DNA of 64,000 nt from positions 30,132,001 through 30,196,000 of the forward strand of contig OZ024755.1 in assembly GCA_964016885.1 (NCBI GenBank). Direction: 5' to 3'. Every line of letters begins with the position of its first letter. Within the stretch, counting starts at the first letter, position 1. The stretch is from Eledone cirrhosa (taxonomy: Eukaryota). Of the stretch, positions 14,074-26,800 are shown piece after piece. The translations under genes were made by a program, and so were the position numbers. The notes under the pieces were generated by a model that had not been told where the DNA came from, searched no databases, and worked only from the letters and a program-made list of their open reading frames with translations.

Positions 14074-14152
14074 CCTCTACCATGGTTTCATCCGCATTTT
14101 GAGATTAATTATGTAATAATTATATAACTCGAGCATCGGATTCATCAGGAGA
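14074..14152 (-). ncRNA. Hammerhead ribozyme, long stem II, palindromic helix III
   Basis: CTC-CTGATGA-ATCCG...CGGAT-GAAA-CCATG-GTA-GAG: intact core, stems I and II pair, ACCATGGT palindrome. Confidence 0.8.
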
Positions 14153-14293
14153 TTTAGACACTAAATTTTCCAAAGTAATCGCGCCAAGAATTCATTCAAA
14201 ATGGCTAAGAATCGTCACGTAGTCGCGGTCAGGTTGGAAGGGGTGAGGTAGTTGCTTACGACTGGTGGCTTTTTTGCTAGAAAGCAGAGCACA

Positions 14294-14335
<42 letters not shown>

Positions 14336-14599
14336 ATGATTTTATATATGTATATATGTATATATGTGTGCGTGTGTATGTGTGTTTGCGTGTGTGTGTG
14401 TTGGGTAATTCCGAAGGAAAAGCAAAGGAAAAAAGAGTGCTCTATGTATAGAATAGAGCTATCCGAACTCGGATCTAGCTGTCGAAACGGCCGGAGCTCA
14501 GCCATCGGGGTCCAGACTCTTTTCCTATTACCCACTCTACTACACTAAGTATCGAGCACTCTGGTGCGTTATGGTCCACCTGGTTTCTTACCACACTTT

Positions 14600-14706
<107 letters not shown>

Positions 14707-16151
14707 ATGATTTTATATGTAAATCCTGCTAGCAGGGAGAACGGACGTTAAATGGTGATAACATGCATTTTATTTAAGTCCTAAATGAATCTGATCGTTA
14801 AATATTCCAGATATACAAGGGTACTTTCTAATCTACAGCTTTAACGAGATTTTTCTTAAATCTAGTTCTAATCCTCCTTGTTCTACATTTGTCTATCATT
14901 CATTCAAGTATTCTTTATGATAGGTTGTTGTTCTAAAGAAATTACGGTCTCGTTAGAATTGAAATTTAATGCAGAAACAGATATGGCGAAATTAAATATT
15001 ATAATAGGGTATTGAATATAATAGGGTATTGAATATTATAATAGGTCTTTTTCATCCTCTTAAATTTTGTGATTTTTATAATTTGATAATAAATAAGTCG
15101 TAATTAAACAATATTCTACTTTTTTCAAATTACGTAATCATTTTTTATTGACATTTATGAGAATTTGAACTCCGCTGATTCAGTCATTTTTGTTAGTTTT
15201 CAGTTAGTTCGGCGCTGTTTCTTACTTGCTAAACAAGTAAAGGAAAGTGACGTCGTACCAGGCCACACCCAAAGTACTTTCATCGTAGTCATCTGTAACC
15301 TACATACTTTTTCAAGTCTACTCCAATCACAGTCCTCCAATACAGACCCATCTTTCAAAACATCAATATTTCTTATTTCCCTTTGTGAAGGTGCATGGCT
15401 TAGTAGTTAGAACATTGGGCTTCCAATCTAAAGGTTGTGAGTTCGATTCGTGGACCGGGTGATGCGATGTATTGTGCCCTTGAGCAAGACACTTTATTTC
15501 ACGTTGCGATGCGATGTGTTGTGCCCTTGAGCAAGACATTTTATTTCACGTTGCTCCAGTTTGCTCAGCTGTAGAAATGAGTTGCGATCCTGCCAAATCA
15601 ATGAGTGGCAGTTAGTTCCGTCTGCATCGAAAGACTGGTGTAGTGGTTCTGAGAACAATGCGGCTTTGCAGATGATCAATGCAAATTGACAATGGAAAGG
15701 CGCTCCCGCTCGAGTTAGAAGAGAACTATTGACATTCAGGAGAAGCAGCGACCTCTGATTGTATTCAGTAACCGAAACAAATATGAAGTACACCAAATCC
15801 AATGCTTCTTCTTAATCGGCCAGATTAGATTAGATTAGATTAGATTTTTCTTACTTTAAATAGTGTGGATAGCAGAATTAGTGGAGCACCGGAAAAGAAT
15901 GTGCTCTCCAGTTAGATTTATCATTTTTGTTTGATTCCTGCTGGATGTTGGACTTTGCTTTCCAGCCACCTTGGGTATATACAATAACTAAACACTAGCA
16001 AAATATTGGTCTTACACCAAAAACCTATTTTTGTGGTATAACTGGAAATTAATTTATGATAACTTAATTTTCATGGTTTGATAAATTAATTTTTTGTTCA
16101 CTAAATCTGTAACTATTTCTGAAATCATATATCTATATATTTACACACACA

Positions 16152-16203
<52 letters not shown>

Positions 16204-16258
16204 TAACTTTGAATAACTTTGAAATGTTTTGGCCAGTATTGGCCCAGGCCATGTCTAA

Positions 16259-16512
16259 CTTAATAGCACCACCTGGCGAAGTCTTTCAATTCAGGATTTG
16301 GGCACCATGGCCCATTCGAGAAGAGAATTACTGTTTTCGGAGACATATCCGGGTGTGGGTGGTTTGTCCGGGATTACTTGGAGGAATTTGTCCAAAGACT
16401 TCTTGAATTTTGTGTGGTCAGCTTCTGTTTTGACGTGTCCTGGTGTGATGTTGAAGAGAGCAGGGCCGATTGAGGTGAAATAATTGTGCCGTATTGTTGT
16501 TATGAGATATAG
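16259..16512 (-). mobile_element. CR1-like LINE 3' end
   Basis: Paralog of 30331-30745 (FTSIGPALFNITP..FKKSLDKFLQVIPDKPP). Confidence 0.75.
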
Positions 16513-16513
16513 G

Positions 16514-16569
<56 letters not shown>

Positions 16570-16577
16570 CCTATATC

Positions 16578-16613
<36 letters not shown>

Positions 16614-16677
16614 TACATATCTATATCTATCTCTCTCTCTATATATATATATATACATACATATCTATATCTATCTA

Positions 16678-16713
<36 letters not shown>

Positions 16714-16723
16714 CATATCTATA

Positions 16724-16757
<34 letters not shown>

Positions 16758-16799
16758 CGAGTCCTGATACGGGAAAAGAGTTCACAAGATGAGTTTCAG

Positions 16800-17470
16800 C
16801 CGAATATCCAAGCAGTCATTCTATTTATTTTTTAAAAAGTCTGTATTAATTAGTATGACATCGTTCATTAAATCAGTAGATCCGGCTGGCTATTGTGTCA
16901 TTTTTCCCTTTTTCTCTTGTTGTCCTGCTTCTTCTGGTTTTCAATATCGGTATTTAAATCATGGATTAGCTTCCGCCTTATGAGTGTGTCATCAACATAA
17001 TGGCTCCAACGGTGAAGAATGTTACCTATCCCCACAATATCACTGATCAGGCCCTTATACCTCAAGGGAGTGCGTCTAACATGTCGAGCACCATCCCCAA
17101 GCTTACCAAAAAAATAAAAAAAAGGTTTTTTTACAGGTCTATCATCCAACGACATGGACAACCCATCTGAATCTATTCCTTATGAGGATAGTTTCAATGT
17201 CGGGAGTCTTTGCACGTTTCAGTACCTCATTGTTTGTGACAAAGTGGTCCCATTTGATGTTGGGAATAAACCTAAGGTGTCGTTGCTGAACTGTTGTTAA
17301 CTGTCTTATGTGGTAACGATGGAGAGTCCACGCCTCACTTCCATACAAGAGAGTAGTCACACATTGGTTATAAACTTAAAATTTAGTCTCAGAGATCAGT
17401 TACCTGGATTCAAAGACTCTCATTCTTAGTTTACCTACAACGCAGCTTGAACGCAGGTATTAGGATTAAG
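16800..17470 (-). mobile_element. RTE-clade LINE fragment
   Basis: TTLLYGSEAWTL..HLRFIPNIKWDHFVTNNEVLKRA..RFRW; frameshifted. Confidence 0.8.
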
Positions 17471-17472
17471 CT

Positions 17473-17515
<43 letters not shown>

Positions 17516-17520
<5 letters not shown>

Positions 17521-17702
17521 AACCAGTAAGACCTCGACAGCTGAGCTCAAGCCGTTTCGACGGCTAATTCTGAATTAGCCGTCGAAACGGCTTGAGCTCA
17601 GCTGTCGAGGTCTTACTGGTTCCTATTACCCACTCTACTACCTCAAGTATTGAGTACTTTGGTGCGTTATGGTCCACCTGGTTCCTTACCACATTTCCTT
17701 CG

Positions 17703-17705
<3 letters not shown>
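17516..17705 (+). mobile_element. Short Penelope-like end element (family A) with 55-bp fold-back, in (TA)n
   Basis: Perfect inverted repeat 17516-17570 / 17572-17626. Family copies at ~10276, 11406, 14460, 17797, 22721, 51731. Confidence 0.65.
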
Positions 17706-17798
<93 letters not shown>

Positions 17799-17949
17799 CA
17801 AGGCGGGTGTAGTAAGATTCCATGTGGACCATGACGCACCAGAATACTCAATACTTAGGGTAGTAGAGTGGGTAATAGGAAAAGAGTCAGGACCCCGACG
17901 GCTGAGCTGCGGCCGTTTCGACAGCTAAATCATTTCGGGTCCTGACTTT

Positions 17950-18013
<64 letters not shown>

Positions 18014-19711
18014 CTTATACCATCTGCTTTCTTTTACAACATATTTCGAATGCAAAATAAATATTTATTTAAACTTTCATACAGAGGAGAGTTGGAACAT
18101 AACATACCCGTATGTTCTGTCATTATTCGTGGTGAATTGGCAGAATCAGTAGAACCTCGAAGAAAAAGCTTTACAGCATTTCTTGCGGCTCTTTATGTTG
18201 CGGCCGCAACTCCCGAACTAATCACCTTTGCGTTTGATTATTCCAGGCTCGATAAATGAGTCAAATACAGAGGTCGGTTCAATCGACATTTGCCTTTTTC
18301 GAAATAGCTTGCCTTGTGCCCAAATCAGAAACCATTATCTGTAATTACAAGAGTCAGTTAATAATTGATTACTTTTATTCACTGCAAAAGAGAGAACGTT
18401 AATTTGGGATGTGGGGTTTTATTTGCTACTGTCAAGAAATAAAGCAGTCTTGTTTTCCTCTCTGCTTTGTATGTATGGTCCCGTAACTTCTCCCGTAACT
18501 TCTGCTGTATTGACATACGGTGTTTCTTGGGTATTTTAAGCCTGACAGAGACAATCCCTCTCCAAGCCTGAATACAGCACATTTCTTCCAGAGAAAGATA
18601 GAAAGTGAGAAAGAGGAAATGAGAAAGAGATATAGAGGAAGAATCGACTCCAGTACTAGACTGGTACTTTTTTTATCGACCCCGAAAGGATTAAAGGCAA
18701 AGTTGACCTCGATGTGATTTGAACTCAGAAAGCAGCGAGCCGCAACGAATACCATAAAGCATTCTATCCGACGTTTTAACGACTCTGCCAATTTGCCGCC
18801 TTCTCTCTACTTTACAAAACCTAATAAAACAAGCCGAGAGAACGCGCTCTGAAGTAGCTTGATCTGTTAGAAATAACAACCAATCAGTTACGTCTGTCTA
18901 AATGCTCGCCCTAATGTCTTTAAAATGGAGGGATACATTGTTTGAAAAAAAAAATATATTTGTTACGTCTAGAATACCTTTAACAATAATTGTTTCTACT
19001 TTTGGCACAGGGCCAGCAATTATCCAGTACATTACTGGTACTTTATTTTATCGACCCCGTAAGGATGAAAGGCAAAGTCAACCTTTAACAATAATCGTAA
19101 CACGTTAGTCTTTCTTACAAAGAAATATTCGTTTTCCTATTAGACAGGCCACGCCCAATATGTATAGCCTCTGTTCACATATTTGGGGGGGGGGGTGTTA
19201 CTTGTATATGCATGTACATGTATGTGAGTGCATTTGAAAGAACTTTTACACAAAGAAAAGTAAAAACAGTTTATACAAGAAGCAACAGATTGTTATATAT
19301 TTATTAATCTTATACACTCGTCTTCACCATATAAGGACATATGTGCGTGCGTGCGCATGTGAGCATGTCTAGATGAATATATATATATATATACGTTATT
19401 CTTTTGTTACTAGAAATCTAATTTAGTCATAGCTCTGTGTAGATTATCTGTTATTATGTGGATTATCGTAGTGTTAGCTTCAAAGATGATATACCTAATA
19501 TGGTTTTGTGTGTGTGTGTGTGTTTGCGTGTGCTTGTCCGTATGTATACGCCTTTCCAGTAGATTCATGTTTCACTCGCTTTTAGTGACGTAGATATTGA
19601 AATGTATATGAGATTACAACTTTTATGATGATAAACTTTTGGATTGTCTACGTATATCTGAATCATATCATTTTTCACATGGTTCTTTTGATTATAAATG
19701 ATATACTATCC

Positions 19712-20110
19712 GACAGGTTCGCGGCCGTGCCCTTGGCAGTGGAGGTTTCTGGTGTCCTTGGGCCTAGGCAGGGCCGTCTTAACGCATGGACGCTGGGCAG
19801 TTGCCCGGGGGCCCCACGAGGATAGGGGGCCCATTTGTATTTTTATTCCTGTGAGTGCTTGTGTAGGTAGGGGCCCCAGTGCTCTGCTTCACCCGGGGGC
19901 CTATAATGCTGCTAAGACGGCCCTGGGCCTAGGGTTACCTCCCTATTCACAACCATAGGCGCTGAGCTGGTCACAGCCGCAGGTGTGAGCCTCGCGATTT
20001 GGAATGGCTCTTCCAGCGCATCTCCCTTACCATCCTCCCGGGAAAACACCTTCGACATTCTGTCCGCCGAGGCTGTCGGGAGGCCAGCATGTGGGACCAC
20101 ATTTGCTCAC
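19712..20110 (+). mobile_element. CRE-clade non-LTR 3' fragment (RLE C-terminus), interrupted by a MITE
   Basis: Removing the insertion gives FAAVPLAVEVSGVLGPRVTSLF..EPRDLEWLFQRISLTIL, matching the CRE-type 'P.avE..G..G...QRis' pattern. Confidence 0.6.
19769..19925. mobile_element. hAT-superfamily MITE, 157 bp
   Basis: 13-bp TIR CAGGGCCGTCTTA / TAAGACGGCCCTG; perfect 8-bp TSD GGCCTAGG at 19761-19768 and 19926-19933. Confidence 0.92.
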
Positions 20111-22645
20111 CATACGGAGAGATGGAGGCGATGACAGTGGGAGTTTGGCTGTTCTTTCACATTTACTTAGGTTACTATTGTATATTGTTATTTACCAATA
20201 TTCATTCAAGGACTGTAGGAGAATTCACAGGAGAGATTTCATATAGTCTTGTAATACATTAATTGTTTCTATTTTAGGCACAAGGCCAGCAATTACCCAG
20301 TACATTACTGGTACTTTATTTTATCGACCCCATAAGGATGAAAGGCAAAGTTAACCTCGGCGGGATTTGAACTCAGATCATAAAGAGACGTAACTCTATG
20401 CTTCAAAGCATGGTGTCCGACCCTCTACCGATACTACCAATCCACCGCCCTTGTAATATATTGATAAGTCTTGTAATACATTAATAAATGAATCTTCTTA
20501 AAAAAAGACCACGTTTGAAAATACGAAGCAAATCTTTTTAACATTCTGACTTAATATATAGCTAATATTCTTTCTGGACATTGATAGATACGTGAAATAT
20601 TTTAATTTTGCGTGCATTGTCGGGCTTCCAAATATTTAAACTTATTTAAATTTGTATTTCTTATTCCACGATGCATCTAACAAACTACAACACTTAGTTA
20701 TCAATTTAGTTTATATCGAACTTTCTGAACATTAGTTTTGTTAGATACATATTTCAAGCAATTGTGATAAACGTGTGAAAAGGGGAGCATCTGTGCACCT
20801 GGAGCGCAACTAGCACCTTGTCGGAAATAATAGTTTATCTAATTTCTGACCAATGTTTAATATAGTCCGTCACATACACATGCTTATTCACACGGATAAC
20901 AATTGATTCTACATTAGGCACAAGGCCAGCAATTTCAAGGGAAGGGGAATGTCGATTAAATCGACCCCAGTACATTACTGGTGTTTTATTTTATCAACCC
21001 CGTAAAGATGAAAGCAAAGCTAATCTCGACGGGATTTGAACTCAGAACGTAAAGGGCCGTGACTCTATGCCGCTAAGCTTGTTGTCCGACGCTCTACCGA
21101 TTCTGCCAATCCACCGCCCTCACACACACACACACACAGATAATAATTGTTTCTACTTTTTGGCACAAGGCCAGTAATTGCCCAGTGCATTACTGGTACT
21201 TTATTTTATCGACCCCGTAAGGATGAAAGGCAAAGTTTACCTCGGTGGGATTTGAACTCAGACGATAAAGGACTGTAACTCTATGCTGCAAAGCATGGTG
21301 TCCAACTCTCTACCGATCACAATACAATGATGGTCTATTAGTTTAACAATCTATATAGCTGGAAAAGTGTCTTAACATTTCGAATGAAAGTCCTTTATTG
21401 GAAAATAGACTGGGAGAGAGAAGAGAGGATGTTTTGGAGAAAAGAAGAACAAAGAAAATAGACGAGAGCAAGAAATAAATAACGGGAGAACGGTAGATAA
21501 GAGAGAAAGCGGGTGTTAGTCAGCCATTTTGAAAAATAAATATTTCAGAACGAAGCATGAGTTTTGAAGAATTATCGAAAGGGAGATAAGCACCAGAGAG
21601 CTACAAAAAAGGTGTGTTCGTTTGTACAAAACTGTGAGAGTATGAAGTGATGGTTCGCCTCAGACCACCATTATAGTAAGGGGGGGGGGGGTCTCATTTA
21701 TGTAGTGTTGTATATGGGTGCGTGTGAGCGAGCTGTTTAGAGGAGGGAGTTGACAGCTCTAAAGTGAGTCAGACACACTAATGTACGTGTTTGCCCATAT
21801 GCACATGCACGCATGTAATTTCGGTCAGAATTAAATGCGTCCATATGCGTACACATACAAGCACAAACATACGTAGAGACACTTCTCATGTAGTACAGAA
21901 GGAACACGGCAGTGATACATGCATGCAAGTCACCGTTTTCTGTCATGATTATGGTATAGGACAGGGGTCTCAAGCATAGGGCTCTAGTAATTTCCCTGAC
22001 TAATTAAGGAAAATTTGAAACGAAAAATATGTCCTATATTCTCTACTAATTTAATAGTATATCGCACTACTTATTATATGCGTATTGATTTTGATTTTAA
22101 AAAAATAGCACTTTATCAGCTGTATTGCACATTGGCGTTATAAATAGTGAAAATTATGCCCCCACATTTCATTTCATTCGAGTCTTTGGGTTTAAGACCC
22201 TTGATCTAGGACGACGACGTGGCGGAAAGCCGCAAAAGATATCGCAAAGCATCACGTTCGGCATTAAAACAGTGCAGCTTACAACTACCGAACCTGGAAG
22301 GATAAAGGCCAATGTGTGCATCAAGAGGTATGGTACCAAGATATAAAGAGGAGTCGGAATAAATACTTCGAAGACTTTACCGGCACCGAAAGAGTCACAT
22401 CACGAAGCCCTACGCAAAACATGCTCACACGAAGGCAGCACACTTATACGAACACATAGACGCGGGCGCACACAAGTGAAGTGTAGAAGTATAATTAATG
22501 TTCGAATATGTGGGATCTCTATAGTAAAGCATTTAATAAACGTCTACAAACACAACCATAAATATGTATCGGTCAATCGAATCCCTGAAATATGTATAAT
22601 GAAATAAATATGGTTTTATAAATATAGCTTCCATTTATTAATATC

Positions 22646-22720
<75 letters not shown>

Positions 22721-22723
<3 letters not shown>

Positions 22724-22927
22724 CGAAGGAAATGTGGTAAGGAACCAGGTGGACCATAACGCACCAAAGTACTCAATACTTAGAGTAGTAGAGTGGGTAA
22801 TAGAAACGAGTAGGACCCCGACGGCTGAGCTCAAGCCGTTTCGACGGCTAATTCTGGACCGGAATTAGTCCAGAATTAGCCGTCGAAACGGCTTGAGCTC
22901 AGCCGTCGGGGTCCTACTCGTTTCTAT
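22721..22927 (-). mobile_element. Family A short element with ~60-bp fold-back, in (TA)n
   Basis: Inverted arms 22800-22859 / 22869-22927. Confidence 0.65.
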
Positions 22928-23072
22928 ATATATATATATATTGTTATGCTTTGGGAGGGTCATGTTGCCAATAATTGCCAATTATTGGCAACATGACCCT
23001 TCGAAAGCATAACAATATCGGTTTCAACACACGTTTTCAGATAAAGAATCTTGCTAAACAAATTCAGAAACG

Positions 23073-23158
<86 letters not shown>

Positions 23159-23741
23159 TTGAAGATGTGTTAAATGGTCACTGTAAAATGATTGTAGTTA
23201 GGAAGGACATCAAGCTGTAGAAATCATGGTAAAGATGCCATCGAGAGGTCAATATCTCTGAATAAGAATGGACTTGGTCCGTGGTTTGCCGTTCAACCCA
23301 TGCCATCATAGAAAGCGGTTGATGATAATGTTGTTTATGATGACGATAGTTATGCATATACGTATGTGTGTGTGTGTGTGTGTGTTCCTCTCTGTGTGTG
23401 TATGTGACGCTGTGTGTGTGTGTGTTTAATCTTGTCTCATATTGTCAAAGTATAGAATATAATTACGTATATCCTTATATCTGGAAATATTCCTAGTCAA
23501 TTGCTAATTCTAATTCTATTCATGAAGAAGTTAGTCAGTATTTTATAAGGAGTGGAAGGTTTGAAAAATGGAAGAAACATAGTAATATTAATACTTGCGG
23601 CTTGCACTTTATCTTTTTCATGTTCTTTCGTACTTAAGGCTCACGATTTAATAGGAAAGGTTTTTATCGGGTTTCAATTGTTCTGAGGTCAACTGAGAAA
23701 TCACGATTTTAAATGTAAACTAGGACATGGTAAAATTACAC

Positions 23742-23798
<57 letters not shown>

Positions 23799-23816
23799 TC
23801 TATCTATTTCTATCTC

Positions 23817-26800
23817 AATCTAATAAAAACACAAGGGCCTAACTTCACCCAGGCAGGGGATTTCCCCCACCTCAAAATGATTAAGGCCCCACAGGACACC
23901 TATAAAACTTTAAAAAACAATTTTAAAGAGGACGTGGGTCCCCCCTGCGTCGGGCCCATTAACCGCGTCCTCCTAAAAAAACTATCCCACCCCCTCCCCA
24001 AACACCCTCACAACTCCAAGCTCCCCAACCACACAACACACTGATGCCCCCACACTTCCACAAACCACCACCCCACCCAACAACCCATCCCCCACCCTAA
24101 TGGAAATTGTGCAGCCCGATACCCGGGACGCAGAGAGGTAAGTGCCTTTTCTCTTCACCACCAACATGGCTATGCTAAGAGTAGGCTGTTTAAATGCGCG
24201 TGGCCTGGGCTCAACTTGGAAGCAAGCAATGCTTCTAAATGACCTCAGGTCACAACGTATAGATGTGATGGTTATTTGCGAGGCCCGGATCAGCAACGTG
24301 CGACAGCTGTCCCCCACCTTTGATGACTTTGAGATGCACGCATCTCTCTGTCAGCCCGGAGGTGGGGGTGGAGTTGTCGTTCTGCTGCAAAAACATCTGG
24401 GTCTCGCAACACAGATGGTACATTTGGACCCGGAGGGTCGACTAGTGGTTCTGGACCTTGGCAGTGGTAAAGGCGGAGCGTTTAGGTTGGTAGCCGCCTA
24501 CGGCCCTTTCGGGTCAATGCGGCCGGACTTCTTCCATCGTCTGGAGACTTTTCTAGGGACGTCCCGCTCCTTGCTATTAGTGGGGGACTGGAATGGTATC
24601 CTAGATGCACGCTGGGACTACGTAGGGGCCTGCCCCGATAGAGAGGGGTGTAATAGCCTCAAAGGATTAATCGGTCGATTTGACCTGGCCGATAGATATC
24701 GACTAGATTTTCCGACTGCGCCAACCTGGACTTGGGCAAATCGTAGCGGATCATCTAGGTCGTACCTAGATAGGTTCTTAGTTAGAATTAAGGATAAGGA
24801 CTTTTTAAGTTGTCCAAAAATGCGCATGGTTGGCTATTCAGACCACAAATTAGTGACCTGCATGGTCAACCTTGACAGAACTCATAGACAGGGCCCCGGT
24901 TACTGGAAGCTCAACTTGTCCTTGCCGGCAAGTAGAGCCTACAGGAATCGGATTAGTACGTTAGTTAAGGAACGGTTGACTGGAGCGATCGTCAACAGCA
25001 GGTGGTGGGTATCTCTAAAGAGAGAGATTAGAGTAGTCTCGATAGAATTTAGTAAGGTTCTAGCTGCGGATAGGAATAGGAAGGAAAGGGAGCTAATAGA
25101 TAGAGTAGAAGAGGCAATTAGAAGCGGCGACGTGGCCAGAGTGCTAGCGTCGAGAACGGCTTTGAGCCAGTTTTTCGACGCGAAGCACGAAGGCTGCGTT
25201 GTCCGAAGTAAAATACGTGCTCTGGGGAACGAGGGGACCAAATCTGTTAGCTGGGCCCGCGTGACAGAGGCCAACAGTGGAACTAAATCCACCATCCGGT
25301 CTTTGCGAGACCTGGATGGACGGGCGATTCTTGAGCCTAAGCAGATGTGTGAGGCCTTTCAAAGGCACTTTGCCCGACTGTTCGGGAGGGGCGGGGAGCC
25401 GGTTGGGAACGTGGACTTCGGTCCATACCTCGACGGCCTGCCGCGCCTCTCGGACAGGGAGGCGAAGTCCTGCGAGGAGCCGATTTCGGCCGCTGAGATA
25501 GAGGACGTGCTGAGCCAATGCGGCAAACGCAAATCCCCGGGTCTCGATGGTCTTCCTTACGAATTATATCTAGCTATGCCGGACTTGTTCCCCGATCTCC
25601 TCGAGGCGGTCTACTGCAACTGGCAACAGAACGGGAGAATTCCCTGTACTGTGACCAAGGGCGTAGTCACGCTAGTGAGGAAGGACGAGAACAAGGGGGA
25701 CGAAATAAGTAACTTCAGGCCCATAACACTGCTAAATACAGAGTTACAGATTTTGGCCAAGGTGCTAGCAAAGAGGTTGGCGCTTGTCGTGGGCAACCTG
25801 GTGGGAGATGCGCAGACATGCGCTATCCCGTCCAGGTCCATCCATGACAACCTCCACCTCATGCGATACATCATAGAGAGGGTTGGGAACGAACCCGGCT
25901 TTGGTGGGGCTCTGATCAACTTGGATCAATCTAAGGCGTTCGATAGGGTCGACCATGGTTACCTGGATGCGGTGCTAGCGGCGGCAGGCTTCGGACCCGT
26001 TTTCAGGGGCTGGATCACTGCTATGCACAGCAGCCGCATCTGCTCTAGGGTCAAGGTGAACGGCTACCTCTCGGAGCCGTTCAAAATCGCGCGGTCCATC
26101 CGACAAGGGTGCCCTCTCTCCTCCCTTCTGTATGTGTTGACTCTCGAGCCACTACTGCGGAAGTTGGAGTTGTTGCAGGGCATCCCTTTGGAACCGGGAT
26201 TGCGGAAAGCGGTGTCGGCCTACGCCGATGACGTTACAGTAATGGTGTCGACGGCCTCCGAAATCGAGGCGGTCGGCACCTTACTGGAGGAGTACGAAAA
26301 GTTCACAGGGGCTAAGCTGAACCGGGACAAGTCGATCGGTTTGCAACTCGGCACGTGGAGGGGCAGACCGATGCCCTCCGATAGCGTCGTCGGACGCTGG
26401 ACGGAGGGCCCGGTGAAGTTGCTCGGGGTCTGGTTCGGACTGGACCTCCAGGTGGAGAAAAACTGGGCGGAGGTTACGAACAGGGTGTTTGCACTGACCC
26501 AGAAGTGGGCCAGTTGCAAACTATCCCTGAAAGGTCGGGCGGAGGTGGCGAACACCTACATAGCGTCCGTCATCTACTACCGCCTGACCGTAGTGCCCTG
26601 CCCAAGGGAAACCCTCACCAAGATGGAGCGCGCGCTCTTCCAATTCCTTTGGAAGAGGCGGGCTCCTATGGTGAGGAGATCCATCTGCTGTCAACACCCT
26701 TCGAAAGGAGGGCTGGGGATGCCGTGGCTAATGATGCGTAAACACGCATTAAGGCTACGGCACCTCTACGTATTCCTCACCGGACAACCGGTGTGGGCCT

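Noticed and set aside
15226-15292. Minus-strand mini-exon DYDESTLGVAWYD resembling an ADAM metalloprotease motif
   Set aside because: Good donor, but purine-rich acceptor, only 67 nt and no partner exons found.
23560-23670. Signal-peptide-like stretch NIVILILAACTLSFSCSFVL
   Set aside because: No in-frame ATG (upstream TAA) and no convincing splice sites.
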